Source of the DNA: Octopus sinensis
Taxonomy: Eukaryota
Length of the DNA stretch: 64,000 nucleotides
Direction: 5' to 3'
Assembly: GCF_006345805.1 (NCBI RefSeq)
Contig: NC_043004.1
Coordinates: forward strand, 15,686,001 to 15,750,000
Shown here: positions 52,144-64,000 of the stretch, piece after piece
Layout of the letters: each line of letters begins with the position of its first letter
Numbering within the stretch: position 1 is the stretch's first letter
The notes under the pieces: generated by a model
Told to the model about the DNA's origin: nothing
Seen by the model: only the letters and a program-made list of their open reading frames with translations
Databases searched by the model: none
Program-made: the position numbers and the translations under genes

Positions 52144-52577
52144 ATGGAAATTTCATCGAAATTATCAACACTCATCACGATGATTGACACACAATCCTCA
52201 TTTTTAAGGAAATAGAAAACCAGTCTACAGACGGAAAACTTGGAAATGAACATATAAACTCTGAAATTAAGAATTTAGCTGAAATGATACCAACAATTAT
52301 AAAATCTACAAGAGAAAGCCTACCACAACTTCCTTGGATGTCAGGAATAAACGAAAGAAATCTGGAAAAAGAGGCACACCGAAAAAGAGAAGAGATACGG
52401 AAGACATAGAAAAAACTCCTTAACATAAGAAAACAAAGCTGCTGGAAGGCATATAAATGCGAAAAATATGCTGAAATACATTCGAAGTGGATATCTTTAC
52501 CGGCACCCATACTTCCTCGGCAGTACCTAATTAATGAAATTGCAGGAGAACCAGAGGAAGAAACAAAACTTCGATGG
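52144..52577 (+). pseudogene. N-terminal fragment of Neptune-type PLE polyprotein
   Basis: KT*KKLLNIRKQSCWKAYKCEKYAEIHSKWISLPAPILPRQYLINEIAGEPEEETKLR aligns by eye with VWNTNLHNRKLTFWNMIK..ADIYEGWINSTPIILPRKFQIKLIPNEPDGQRSIR at 17690-17860. One frameshift and one stop. Confidence 0.7.
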
Positions 52578-52695
52578 TCAGAATACAGTTTGCAAAACCT
52601 AGCAATCTGGAGCCTACACAGCTGTATTTAAGGCACGGATTCAATCATCTTGCTACAGTCAAAAATTATGAAGCATGACTGTCACCACTACTACA

Positions 52696-52740
52696 TGAAC
52701 CTGAAGATTGCAGAATTTAATGCATGAAAGTACTAGTTCA
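52696..52740 (+). ncRNA. Type I hammerhead ribozyme motif (copy 2)
   Basis: Identical to copy 1, 841 nt downstream. Confidence 0.75.
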
Positions 52741-52865
52741 ATCAGAATGAACATTTAACATTCTACTATTTTATTTCATTCTATTATATTATATTATATT
52801 ATATTATATTATTATAATATTGTAAATAAAACGCGAAAATCAGACAAGATTGGAATTCCTTTTAT

Positions 52866-52914
<49 letters not shown>

Positions 52915-53593
52915 CATATATATATACACACACAAATTGTTTCTATATGCCTATGTTTGCATTTTGTGTGTGCGCTCAACATTTTACGAATCTCTAAATA
53001 CTGAATATAGATGCAAACTTTTACTTAAGATATTCCGTAAAATATCTGCAAACTCTCTGGTCCTTCAATTTATTTTCCTTTGTATTTCTAAGAAGATATC
53101 ATGGAATATTCATTTTGACATTTCATACAATTTCTTGAAGCCGCACATTATTTTCTGGTGTGTTTTCGCTCTACTACAAACAGAAGAGTTTTTTGATAAT
53201 GTTCTTATTTGCTAGCAGGAAACACATGCGCCTCACTATGATATTTTCCCATGACCAGTGAGTTATCTTGATAACTTGCATAATCTCTGGTAAACGTAGA
53301 ACAAATATTGACATTTGTGATAAGAAATATTTCATAGATTGAATAGCTTTCTTTAATTCTATGCATTATGCCGGAGAGAACAGAATCTCATCAGCTTTGA
53401 GAAATTGTACTTGGAGAAGTTCTTTGACACTAAACACAGTGGGTATTATCCAGTAATTTATATAACGTAAAAGGTGGTACATCTAGTTCTTGTGCATGTG
53501 GATCCACTTTGAATATAAAAAAATAAATACTCACACACACACACACATATAGTATATATATATATATCTATGCATCTATCTATCTATCTATAT

Positions 53594-53693
<100 letters not shown>

Positions 53694-53702
53694 CTATGTA
53701 TC

Positions 53703-53766
<64 letters not shown>

Positions 53767-53894
53767 GATAGATAGATAGATATATAAATATATATATATA
53801 TATATATAATATATATATAATATATATACATATATTCACACACACACATTCAGAACCAGAAAAAGGGGGCGCCCTGCTACTCCTTTGGAGGAAT

Positions 53895-54485
53895 ATCATT
53901 CCCAGCCCCTTGGACTACTGGTCCCAACTATGCTCCCCAGAGAGTGTAAAGCAATCTGTGGAACTCGGAGCAATCCAGCGCCAATGCACAAAGAAGATCG
54001 ACTCGATGCAAAAGATTGGCTAAAGGTCTCAGTCTCCATTCTCTGGAGAGAAGGCGAGAGGGATATGTGGTGATATATATTTGTAAGATCTTGGGTTGCA
54101 TAGCTGCATATTTTGAAATTGACATCTATGTCTATCCTCGAAGTGAAGGGCACTGCATCGTCCGGAAAATCCCGTCTTCCCAATCTAAAATAAGGACACA
54201 GTACTGCAAAAGTATCGGTTTCAAGGTTCCGCAATTGTTCAAATTCCTGCCAGGTAACCATAGAGATATGCATGCTGCTGGTGTGGACGTTTTAAAGGAA
54301 CCTCTGGACAGGTTTCTATCTGAGGTACGAGATGTACCCACATCCTTGCAGGAGACGCAAAGGAGAGCAATTCCGTCCAAATCACTACTTCACTAAACAC
54401 AATACCGGAAACAACGCCGAGTAACTACAGGTGGTGCACCAACATGACCTCACCCTGAGCTGAAACCAATAAAAGATAAAAGACA
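53895..54485 (+). mobile_element. CR1-type LINE 3' fragment
   Basis: LDYWSQL..P, IQRQCTKKI, LSLHSLERRREGYVVIYICKIL..., SIGFKVPQLFKFLP, then the tail ggtggtgcaccaacatg...ctgaaacc followed by AAAAGA repeats. Confidence 0.85.
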
Positions 54486-54957
54486 AAAGATATATAGATA
54501 TCTATTAATAGTCGACGAGAATGAATCGTAGCTCTTAGCTCCGCCATTTAAAACATGACAGCTTACTGATAGTCCTAAAATATACATGCATATACAAATA
54601 CATATATATATATATATTATATATATATATATATATTTATATATACATATACATATAAGAAGTTTTTGGTAAGATAGAATTATTTAATATTTAGTTCTTA
54701 TGCTTTCCTAAAGACTTGATTCGAAACGTACGTCCGTAGATAACTTAAAATTGTATGATAGATTGCCGTCAATTCATTCTCTCTTACCTGTTTGTGTCTG
54801 CCTTCCAATTGCTGTTTTTACTGAGATCTCCTTTTTAGTAGAAGAATAGCTATAACTCTTTGACTGCTATTTCTAAATTCGGTATGTGGTAAGGCAATTC
54901 GTTGCTAACCCTTTATTGCTTAGTATTAATATATATATATATACAAATACATATTAT

Positions 54958-55040
<83 letters not shown>

Positions 55041-55085
55041 AATACATACATATATATATAATATATATATATATATATAGCTTCT

Positions 55086-55600
55086 GTGCAGCATATAAGC
55101 TATTGGGAAAGACTCATGAGATTGAGGCTCTATTCCTTAGAGCGTAGGCGAGAAAGATATGCCATAATATACATCTGGAAGATCCTAGAAGGACTTGTCC
55201 CAAACTTTGGCATCGAGAGTTACACAAATGCCAGAACTGGGCTCCACTGCACAGTGCCAATGACTCCAAATTCGCCATCAAGATGTAGGACAAGATACTG
55301 TGATAGCCTGGGCTTCCGAGGCCCACAGCTCTTCAATATCCTCCCGAAGAACCAAAGAGACCTGCATGGGGTGGATGCAGATGTCTTTAAAATAAAACTG
55401 GATCTCTTCTTTTCATGTGTCCCAGATGAAGCAACTTCACGACAGGAGGTGCAGATGAGGGCAGTTGCATCGATCTCTCTCATGTAGCAAATGGCAATTG
55501 CTAAAAAGCATTTGTGAAGTAAAATCATGTAGCAACACCAAATGACGGTGCCCCAGCATGGCCACAGCTTGTGAGCTGAAACTAGATAAAAATAAAAATT
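55086..55600 (+). mobile_element. CR1-type LINE 3' fragment (younger copy)
   Basis: SYWERLMRLRLYSLERRRERYAIIYIWKILEGLVPN...GPQLFNILPK..FKIKLDLF, then the tail ggtgccccagcatggccacagc...ctgaaac and an A-rich end. Confidence 0.9.
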
Positions 55601-55921
55601 AAAAAAATAAATATATATATATGTTCTATATCTATTCCTGAGCGCCATACTAATACATTTCTTTGTTTGTACTCCACCAGCCTTCGTCTTTTGTTTATTT
55701 TCGTAAACCTTCCCGTTACATATATACGTATATACTTTATTAAAAAGAAGCAAACAATCGCAAAAATTGTTACTAAGAGTTTCGGGCCTACGTTTCGGGC
55801 CTACACTCTTCCACAGAGAGGAACACATAAAGAAATAAGGAGAGAAAATAAAGTAGAGAAAGTAAAGAATGTATAGAGGCTAGCAATCTATCATATACAT
55901 ATTTTTCTGTGTGTGTTTGCG

Positions 55922-56110
55922 TGTCGCTTGACAATCTAGGCTTGTGTGTTTACGTCCCCGTTACTAAGCGGTTCGGCAAAAGGACCCGATAAAATATGTA
56001 CCAGGCTTACAAACAATAAGTCCTGGAGTTGATTTGTTCGACGAAAAGGTGGTGTTCCAGCATGGCTGCAGTCAAATTACTGAAGCAATAAAAGAATAAA
56101 AAATAAAATA
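55922..56110 (+). mobile_element. SINE 3' half
   Basis: gtgtttacgtccccgttactaagcggttcggcaaa...ggtggtgttccagcatggctgcagtcaaattactgaa followed by AAAAG/AAAAT repeats. Confidence 0.85.
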
Positions 56111-56143
56111 TGTGCATATATGTATAAATACATATATATATAT

Positions 56144-56178
<35 letters not shown>

Positions 56179-58343
56179 TGCATATATAAATATACATATA
56201 CATATATATATATATATAAATTAATAAATAAAATATATGCATACATACATATATGTACGTACCTACATCTACATGTATATATACATGCATATATAAATAT
56301 ATATATGTGTGAGTACAGGACACCACAAATAGACGTAGAACTCAACGAGAAACGAAAACGTAAAAACAAACATGGAAACGGACTTTTTTTAACAAAGAAA
56401 AAACAGAGTACAAGACAAGCAATACAAGGACAATTCCCCTTCGTCAGCTGTCCCTAGTTCGACTCCATGCGTGTTTCGAAGGTAAGGACAGAACATGACT
56501 CGTCGACCTAGCCCTTCCTGCGAAAGAATTAAATAAAATTCCTTTGCAGAGGGGTAAAAACAAGGAAAGAAAAAAATCTCACAAAGACAGGACGTAAAAA
56601 CAATACAAATAAAAAACAAATACAAAATAAAAATAAAAATACAAAAAAATACAGTACAAGTAAAGAATAAAAACAGGACAAAGAAACAAACATTGAGGGC
56701 CTTTTTTAGCCTAGACGATGGAAAAATTCAAGAGCGCAGAAAAAAGCATGTCCACTTGTAGGAGGCCACCAGCGAAAGGAAGTGGTCGACTCGGCTGTGT
56801 GAGAGATGAGGAGGAGTGAGAGAGAGAGAGAGGGGAAAGGAAACCAGAAAGGGTGAAAAATAAGAAGGAGAGAGACAGGCAAAGAGGAAGACAGACAGGA
56901 AGGAAGAGAAGGTCAAGTAATGGGTTACAGTGTTTCGCGTCATAATTATTATACGTTTATCCATTTGTTTTTCAAGATTCCTGATGTGAAATCGTGTGCT
57001 GAAACATGTTCTGTAATATTTCTGTCAGGAGAAATGGGCGATGAAGTGTCGCTGGAGGGGCAGAGGATGTGTGAACAAATTCTTTAGGAAAGATATAAAA
57101 TAAAAAATAATGAAATATCTGAAGTGAAGAACGAATATATAACGGTGTGTGTGTTTGTAAAAAAAATTGACCATCACGAAAAATATCAATCTCTGTATAT
57201 ACATATATATATATATATATGTGTGTATGGATAATCTAGATGTCCATATACAAATATATAAACATGCATATATACGTGTATGTGTGTGCATGTGTGGATA
57301 GGCATGTACGTAATTTACAAATTTTTTACGTATCTGAATCAGGATATCCTTATTTTGAAACAATTTAAAAGTATCTAACTTGATTAGATATATTTATTTG
57401 AAATCACTTGTGTATTCTATACGAATTGACTGAAACTGAACAATGCTAAAATGATCCAATTATGAATACTCACTGATCGTGGCTAATATGGAATTGAAGA
57501 GATCACAGATTTTATGTTATACCACTTTATTTCATTAATAACATAATTACGTCAAGAGAAATTCAGTTTCAGGATAACGTATGATTTGCGCCCTAGAGGT
57601 CCAAGTTTGATGTCATGTAAACGTGTTTATATGACATCAAGCTTATATGACATCTATTGCAAGTCATGCAAATTGTTACAAAAGCCTCTCGAATGGAAGT
57701 AAATATATTGAATTTAAGTAAATGTATAGTTTAGTAAATATTTGACGAGGACAGAATTTGTGTAGAAATTAAGGGTTAAAAGAAAATGGTAGCCAAATTA
57801 TAAATATGTAAACAATACTTTTATGCTCATTTACACAAATTACAGAAATTACAATACGGATTTTTAATCATAGTAAAAGCCGCCATTGATATATCCGTAG
57901 CAACATTGACAGAAGAATACACTGTGCAACATATATATGCATTCGTTGCAAAGAATTTTGTCTTCGTTGCAAGAAATGAAATTTCATATTGATGTTGATG
58001 GAGGTAAGAATATTAGCAATAATATCGTCACTTATTTCTTGCAAGGAGCTATGCATGCATACCGTATTCGAATTATATAAAGAAGTATTGCAAAATTATT
58101 TCGGTACACACTTATAACTATTGAGAAGAAGCAGGTGAGATGAAATAAAATGCTAACAAAGAGGAAGAGAAATAAACACTTTAAATCATAAATCCATGTG
58201 GCTTCACCGACTTAATTCGATGATCAAAACTGCTTTAAATCACAATCACTCCCAATTTCGCGGCTGCAACAGACAACATCACACGATTACGACATTGATT
58301 AGTATAGCACATGCTAGCACCACCTATTAACACGGCATATACC

Positions 58344-58575
58344 TATTTCTTTATTACCCACAAGGGGCTAAACATAGAGGGGAAAAACAAGGACAGACAT
58401 AGGTATTAGGTCGATTACATAGACCCCAGTGCGTAACTGGTACTTAATTTATCGACCCCGAAAGTATGAAAGGCAAAGTCGACCTCGGCAGAATATGAAC
58501 TAACAACGTGACGACAGACGAATTACTGCTACGCATTTCGTCCGGCTTGCCAATGATTCTGCCAGCTCGCCGCCT
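58344..58575 (-). mobile_element. Full-length SINE (third family) with 19-bp TSD
   Basis: tattaacacggcatatacc occurs at 58325-58343 and 58576-58594. Minus-strand head ggcggcgagctggcagaatc. Confidence 0.92.
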
Positions 58576-58619
58576 TATTAACACGGCATATACCATCACT
58601 GCCAACTTACAGCTAACTA

Positions 58620-58756
58620 TATATATGTACTAGTGTTCATCTGGTACTTATTTTATCAATTTTGAAAGTCAACCTCACATCGAAACGTAAAGCTGGACAA
58701 AATGACACCAAACATTTTAGCCAGTGTACTAACGATTCTGTGAGCTCGCCACCTTA
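58620..58756 (-). mobile_element. Older decayed SINE of the third family
   Basis: ctggtacttattttatc...aacgattctgtgagctcgccacctt. Confidence 0.6.
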
Positions 58757-59665
58757 GATTTACTCAGTTATTATCAATGGATTCTTGTGGCAGGAAAATT
58801 GAATTAAGATATGATACAAAAGATTATTAGCTAACCGCCACAAATGCGACTAGTCACTCAATTTTTTTCACGTACGCAGAAGTGGGTGTTATTAAATTAT
58901 TGCAGTATTTTCATTATAATTTGCATTTATTATTTCTCACGTTTCCTGCTTCGGTATTCTTAATTTTTCACACAATAGAAATATATCATATATCTGCATT
59001 CTTCGTTTCTGATATTTATTTATTTTCTGTTTATTGTGGAAAATACTTATCTCTTTTCATAAAATAATAGAGATAATTGAATCCAAAACTACCAGTCGTA
59101 ATATTAATCCAATATTTTACCTTGGGGTATTCCTATTTCAGTCTGATTAATATTATTGACATTTTCCCATATTAAAGTGCAACAAATTAACGTCGATACA
59201 TCAATACTTGCCCAAAGTTATCATATTTCGCGATGCCTATTACAATGCAATTCTGAAAATTACCATAATAATAACGAATCTGTCATTCATTTTAAAGAAT
59301 TTTTATCCCTGCAGTTTTAATAAAATTACCGAGTAAGTGCTACACGCTATAGTATCATAAAGATTGGGAATTATTTTATATTACCGCTCACCGAAATACA
59401 ATTATTCCTGAATTTATATATTTAAATTCTTTGTGTATTACGGACGAGATTACGAAATAATTGCATTATAACTTGATTGTTGAAATGGTGAATTGCAAAT
59501 GGGAAAAAGTGTTTTATTAACTACTATATTTATTGTAGATCAATGTATTACATTAACAATTGAAGTTACTTGTAAGTATTAAAAATATATGAATTATATA
59601 TATATATGTGTATGTGTATATATACATATATATAAACTATATATATGCCTGTATACATTATATAT

Positions 59666-59724
<59 letters not shown>

Positions 59725-60061
59725 TTATGTATGCCTGTGTGCTTGTGTGTGCATGTATGTATGTTGGTATGTATGTATGTATGTATGTATGTATGTATGT
59801 ATGTTTGTATGTATTTATGTATATATATACAGAAGTGACCAAAATTAGAGAACGAAAACCTTAAAATAAAGATACTTACGCTCCTATTTCACTTTCCCGA
59901 ATGAGATTTTTAGTTTATAAGCTTTAAGGTACGTTCGTTATTTACAGTGAATTTCGTAGAAAGTGATTAATCATAGAAATGTAATTTATAATAGAAAAAA
60001 TGCTTATTTGAAAAATGCAGGATGGACAAATTTACAGAACGCATCACTTAAATTTCAAGAA

Positions 60062-61697
60062 ATAATTTTCTTGTTAGAAATGCTTACAATGAACATCAAT
60101 ACGTTAATACAATAAGCACTTTCCTTCAAAGTATGTACCCATATTGTCAATACACCTTTGCCCTTTCAGCGGTAACTTGTTCAGCCCGGCACTGTAAAAG
60201 CCTGGTAATCTTGAAAAGTCTGTTTTACAGACTCGTAGAAACTAAATTTTTGTTGTATCAAAATGTTATCCAACCAAATTCTGGAAAAGGTCGTAGCCAG
60301 TGAGGGCAAGATCAAATGAGTATGGCGGATGATGGAGAGCTTCCAACTCCAAATCCCACTCCTGTAGTTTCGCGAATGTCATTTTTGCGATGTGCGGTCT
60401 GGCGTTGTCTAGCAATAAAATAGGAGTGGATTCTTAATCTAGGCTGTTTTTTGTAAGTTTCTGCATCATTTGTTCCAGTTGGCTGTAGTATACTTCGGCC
60501 GTGATTAATGAAATCATAATAGATCACACGTGCATCAGACCACCAAACACACACCATCGGCATATTATGATGAATTTTGCCTTTTGGACCTTGCTTTGGT
60601 GTCTTGTCTTTGTCTAACCATTGTGCTGAAATTCCTGGTTGTTGTATTGGATACATTTCTTCTCACATATTAAAATTCGATTCACAAATGATTCATTTTT
60701 GTGACGAGAAAGTAGCATAATGCAGGCTTCCAAACATTGCTGTTTCGGATTTTCATTGAGTTCATGTGGAACCCACTTATCCAACTTTTTCACTTTACCG
60801 ATTTGAACTAGGTGAGTCAATATTGTCTGCTTGCTAACACCAACAACAACGATAATTCACGGACTCTTTGAGATGGATTTGATTGGACGCTGGCTTTTAG
60901 CTCCTCATTATCCAGCTTTGTTTCTGGTCGACCGTGTTGCTCATGTGTGAGGTCAAAGTTACCAGAACGAAATTTTGCAAACCAATTTGATACTGTCTGC
61001 TTTGTAATAACATTGCAATGAATTACTCCATTAATATTCCGAGCTGCCGATGATGGGTATTTCCAAGAAAAAACACATATTTCAAAACTGTATGAATTTT
61101 CGACTTACCTATATCTAAACAAAAATAGCAAAAAAAGATTTATGAATAACTAGCAGTATCGCCCGGCGTTGCTCGGATTTGTAAGGGTAATAACTATATA
61201 AGCATTTTTAGAGATGTAAATTATAATAGCCATCTCAATATGGCTAACCACAAAGAGGGGGTGTTACTGTGGCTTTTTACGTTCTGAGATTTAATAAATT
61301 TTTAGAGAGTTACTTCCCTTATATATGCCAAAAAATGCATTAAAAGTGGGAAAAATTGATGGTAAATATTTTTTTAAATCGTAGACTCATCGTAGACGCG
61401 CGCTAATACCCAGAAGGGCTCGATATGAATCACGACTATAAGATACCCGGTTTTGGTTAAACTGCACCGCAAAATGTGGGAGCAGTTAGGAATCTAAATC
61501 GTAGGAGACAGACAGCACACAACCTTACTTTTATATATAAAGATTTATAAAGCGCAAAATGAGTTAGAATAAAGAAATAACTGTGTCATCTTTCTAACGA
61601 AAAGTAGTGAGTGTCAAATATAATAATGGCGCAAAATGAGTAGCTGTCAAAATTTACTACATACCTTACTACAAATTTCGAACTTGACGAGCTAATA
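60062..61697 (-). mobile_element. mariner transposon (decayed) with nested Helitron
   Basis: KKLDKWVPHELNE, MVCVWW, frameshifted DNARPH and HPPYSFDL motifs. TIR-like aacttgacgagctaata at the right end; the left end is degenerate. Confidence 0.85.
61150..61543 (-). mobile_element. Short non-autonomous Helitron
   Basis: Minus-strand A|TC...hairpin ccgagcaacgccgggc...CTAG|T. The 5' part matches 37238-37470. Confidence 0.9.
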
Positions 61698-64000
61698 TAT
61701 AAAAGGGTGCTGAGCAGCTCTTTAAATACTTTCTGAATAATCCTGACATTATCTTTTCACTCCAAGATTTCTCTTTCGTCTACGATAGTCCAAATCCCGT
61801 GCCTGAGCTAGATTTAATTGCCTGTAAGCTTTCTTATGATTTAAAACTCTATAACCCTCCTAGAATTCATCTGAGACTCTATAACCCTCCTAGAATTATA
61901 CTTGGCAAAATTACGTCCTTTATCATAATATAAAAAGACAGAAAATTGTGAAGTATTGGAATATTTTTCATCTAATAACATCCCAAATTATAGGGGTTCT
62001 TTTGACATATATGTGTGATCCTATCCAATGCATTTCTGAAATTAATCCACGCCAGCGAAGAAACTTTGTAGCCCACGATTTCTCATAAAGCGCGGCTCAA
62101 CCGGCACTCCAATTTATTGATGTCGATTACTATTCGTTCCATAGTTTTATTATCATGGGCTGATATAATATCATAAGTAGCCAGGTAGTTTTATGAGGAT
62201 CATGTTTAATCTGAAGAGAACAGTCTTTCTATTAATTTGAGTTTGCAATGTGTATAAAATCCATAAACTGAAAGTACAATCAAAATATATTACTATGAGA
62301 GAAAAAACATTTTGATTTACAATATATATTTTAGAATATCGTATTTTTGTTTTACGATATCTGTTTAGTTGTTAATAAGCGTTTAATAATTTCACTTCAG
62401 GATAATTCATTTAAAACTACTCTTGTGAGAAAACATTCAGTGGTGACATTGCATTTCTCATTGCCGCAATTTCAAAGAAATTGATCCGAATGTTTACAGC
62501 AAACTGAGAAAAAAGATTTGTTTAAATTCCGAATGCGATTTTGTACTTGTAGTACATTATATTTATCATTTATTATTTATAATGATAATTTGTTTACACG
62601 GCTTTTGACATCATACTTAAAAGAGCCATAGAAGCAGCAGTCACGTTTTAAAACCGAGGATGGAAAGAAGAACGAAGCTAATATCCTCAAACACTGAAGC
62701 ATAGCAGCAGAGTGAACATCTCTACAATCAACTCCAGGTTTGCTGGAAATGATAAACTGTGTGAAATCTGATACTTGGTAAATACACTGTATATAATAAT
62801 ATCGTTAAATATACGACATAATATATATTAAATACAAATATATAATTGAAAATGAACTCTTCTAAACAACAAAGTAATATGATATATTTACATGGCGATT
62901 TCCTGGAAATGTTGACTGAAGGTAGACATCACATGATAGAGATACAACGAATACATTTTCTCCTACTTTTGCATTGGGGGAAAACTATTTCATTTCGAGT
63001 ACCGACTTCACACATAAGTCTAAATTGATAACAGTAGCATCTAAACTCAGACGGTAAAGATTTATTAAAAATAACACACAAACTATCTCACAGTAGGTGG
63101 AACTTCTGTTCCCAACAATAGATTGTTTTCTCAATATTTTACACTCCTTAATGTAACTACTTTTCCTCCTCGTCCTACAAAAATTTGCGATAGAACTCAA
63201 TGAAATCAGGCCATATCGTGATATTGAAGCATAAACAAATAACTTTGCACGACTGAAACGCGTTCATAATGCTTATGGTTGGTCGAGGGTTGCCTTGCAT
63301 AAATAGCTCTGAAAAAAAACAGTCAGAAACATTATTATAGGAAACATATGATAGAAAGTGTTATGTGCTTTTATGAGAGAGTGGTCAATGCATATCCTGT
63401 TCAAATTTAATCAGTGTTAAAATGAGTAAGCAGTGGAAATTATATTCATATCATTCCCAGTTCATTTATTGGATATAATTAACATTTCTCATTTAAAATC
63501 TCTTATTATTCTGTCCTCAAATCTCCACTCTCGATCCTGTGAGGCTATCTTGTCTAGGCTATAAATGTGTGATGCCAGTTAAAACTCCCAACAGGTTTTA
63601 ATGATGCGAAGGTTTTATTCATTTTATGATGGCAAAGTTCCAAAGGAAAGTTCTGATATTGGAAACGAAAGTTGAACAGAACATTACAAAAACAGGTAAC
63701 TTTGATTAGCTGATTATTATGGCAAATTAGATCAAAGTAATTGTGGAGTCTAGGAGAGAAGTTATTACACACCACAATGTCTTCAAAGCAAAGAGTCAAT
63801 TGTTTTGTCAATTACACAATGAACCATTGGCTCTCTTTATAATACTCTGGATTGTCAATATTCAAGAATCCTAAATTTATAGAATTGTATTATCTACCAT
63901 TATATAGTTTGCTGACACAGATGGTAATGATTATAAATATTTTATTTACAAACTTATAGAATGAAGAGCTTTCCATTCGCCAAAGCGTCTGATACGAATG

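Larger units (their letters stand above)
51521..52867 (+). mobile_element. Non-autonomous PLE derivative: inverted partial pLTR, pLTR, ORF start, pLTR
   Basis: Direct repeats 51737-52026 and 52578-52867 (offset 841). 51521-51646 is inverted relative to 51936-52061. A hammerhead lies in each direct repeat. Confidence 0.8.

Noticed and set aside
56425-56490. CTGACGA and GAAAC on the minus strand, suggesting a permuted hammerhead
   Set aside because: Stems II and III do not pair convincingly.
61845-61900. 30-bp direct repeat (actctataaccctcctagaatt) and other short repeats as a CRISPR-like array
   Set aside because: Only two copies, no spacers, and a eukaryotic context; a simple local duplication.
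63559-63700. TATA-like element and a short MMAKFQRKVLILETKVEQNITKT segment ending at a GT donor
   Set aside because: Too short, with no homology evidence. Such motifs are expected by chance in AT-rich DNA.

Overview
AT-rich eukaryotic (animal) genomic DNA dense in (TA)n/(CA)n microsatellites and transposon relics. The SINE families and repeat landscape suggest a cephalopod, probably Octopus (inference). I found no host protein-coding exon I can support, and most listed ORFs are microsatellite translations. The window is dominated by Penelope-like retroelements (PLEs). These include a Neptune-type element (14252-18830) with an inverted pseudo-LTR and a very long N-terminal domain, and a Hydra-type element (26333-32672) with ~1.15 kb inverted arms, each carrying a hammerhead ribozyme (HHR) with an ~85-nt stem II. 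A deleted, non-autonomous PLE derivative (51521-52867) has two tandem HHRs exactly 841 nt apart, a retrozyme-like layout. Further stand-alone canonical and variant HHR motifs are scattered through the window. Also present: mariner/Tc1 relics, two Helitrons (one carrying a PIF1 fragment, one nested in a mariner), a duplicated hAT MITE, CR1-type LINE 3' ends that share their tail with the commonest SINE, an ORF1-only L1/Tx1-like element with a CCHC knuckle, and two long fold-back palindromes. All motif calls were made by eye; no searches were run.
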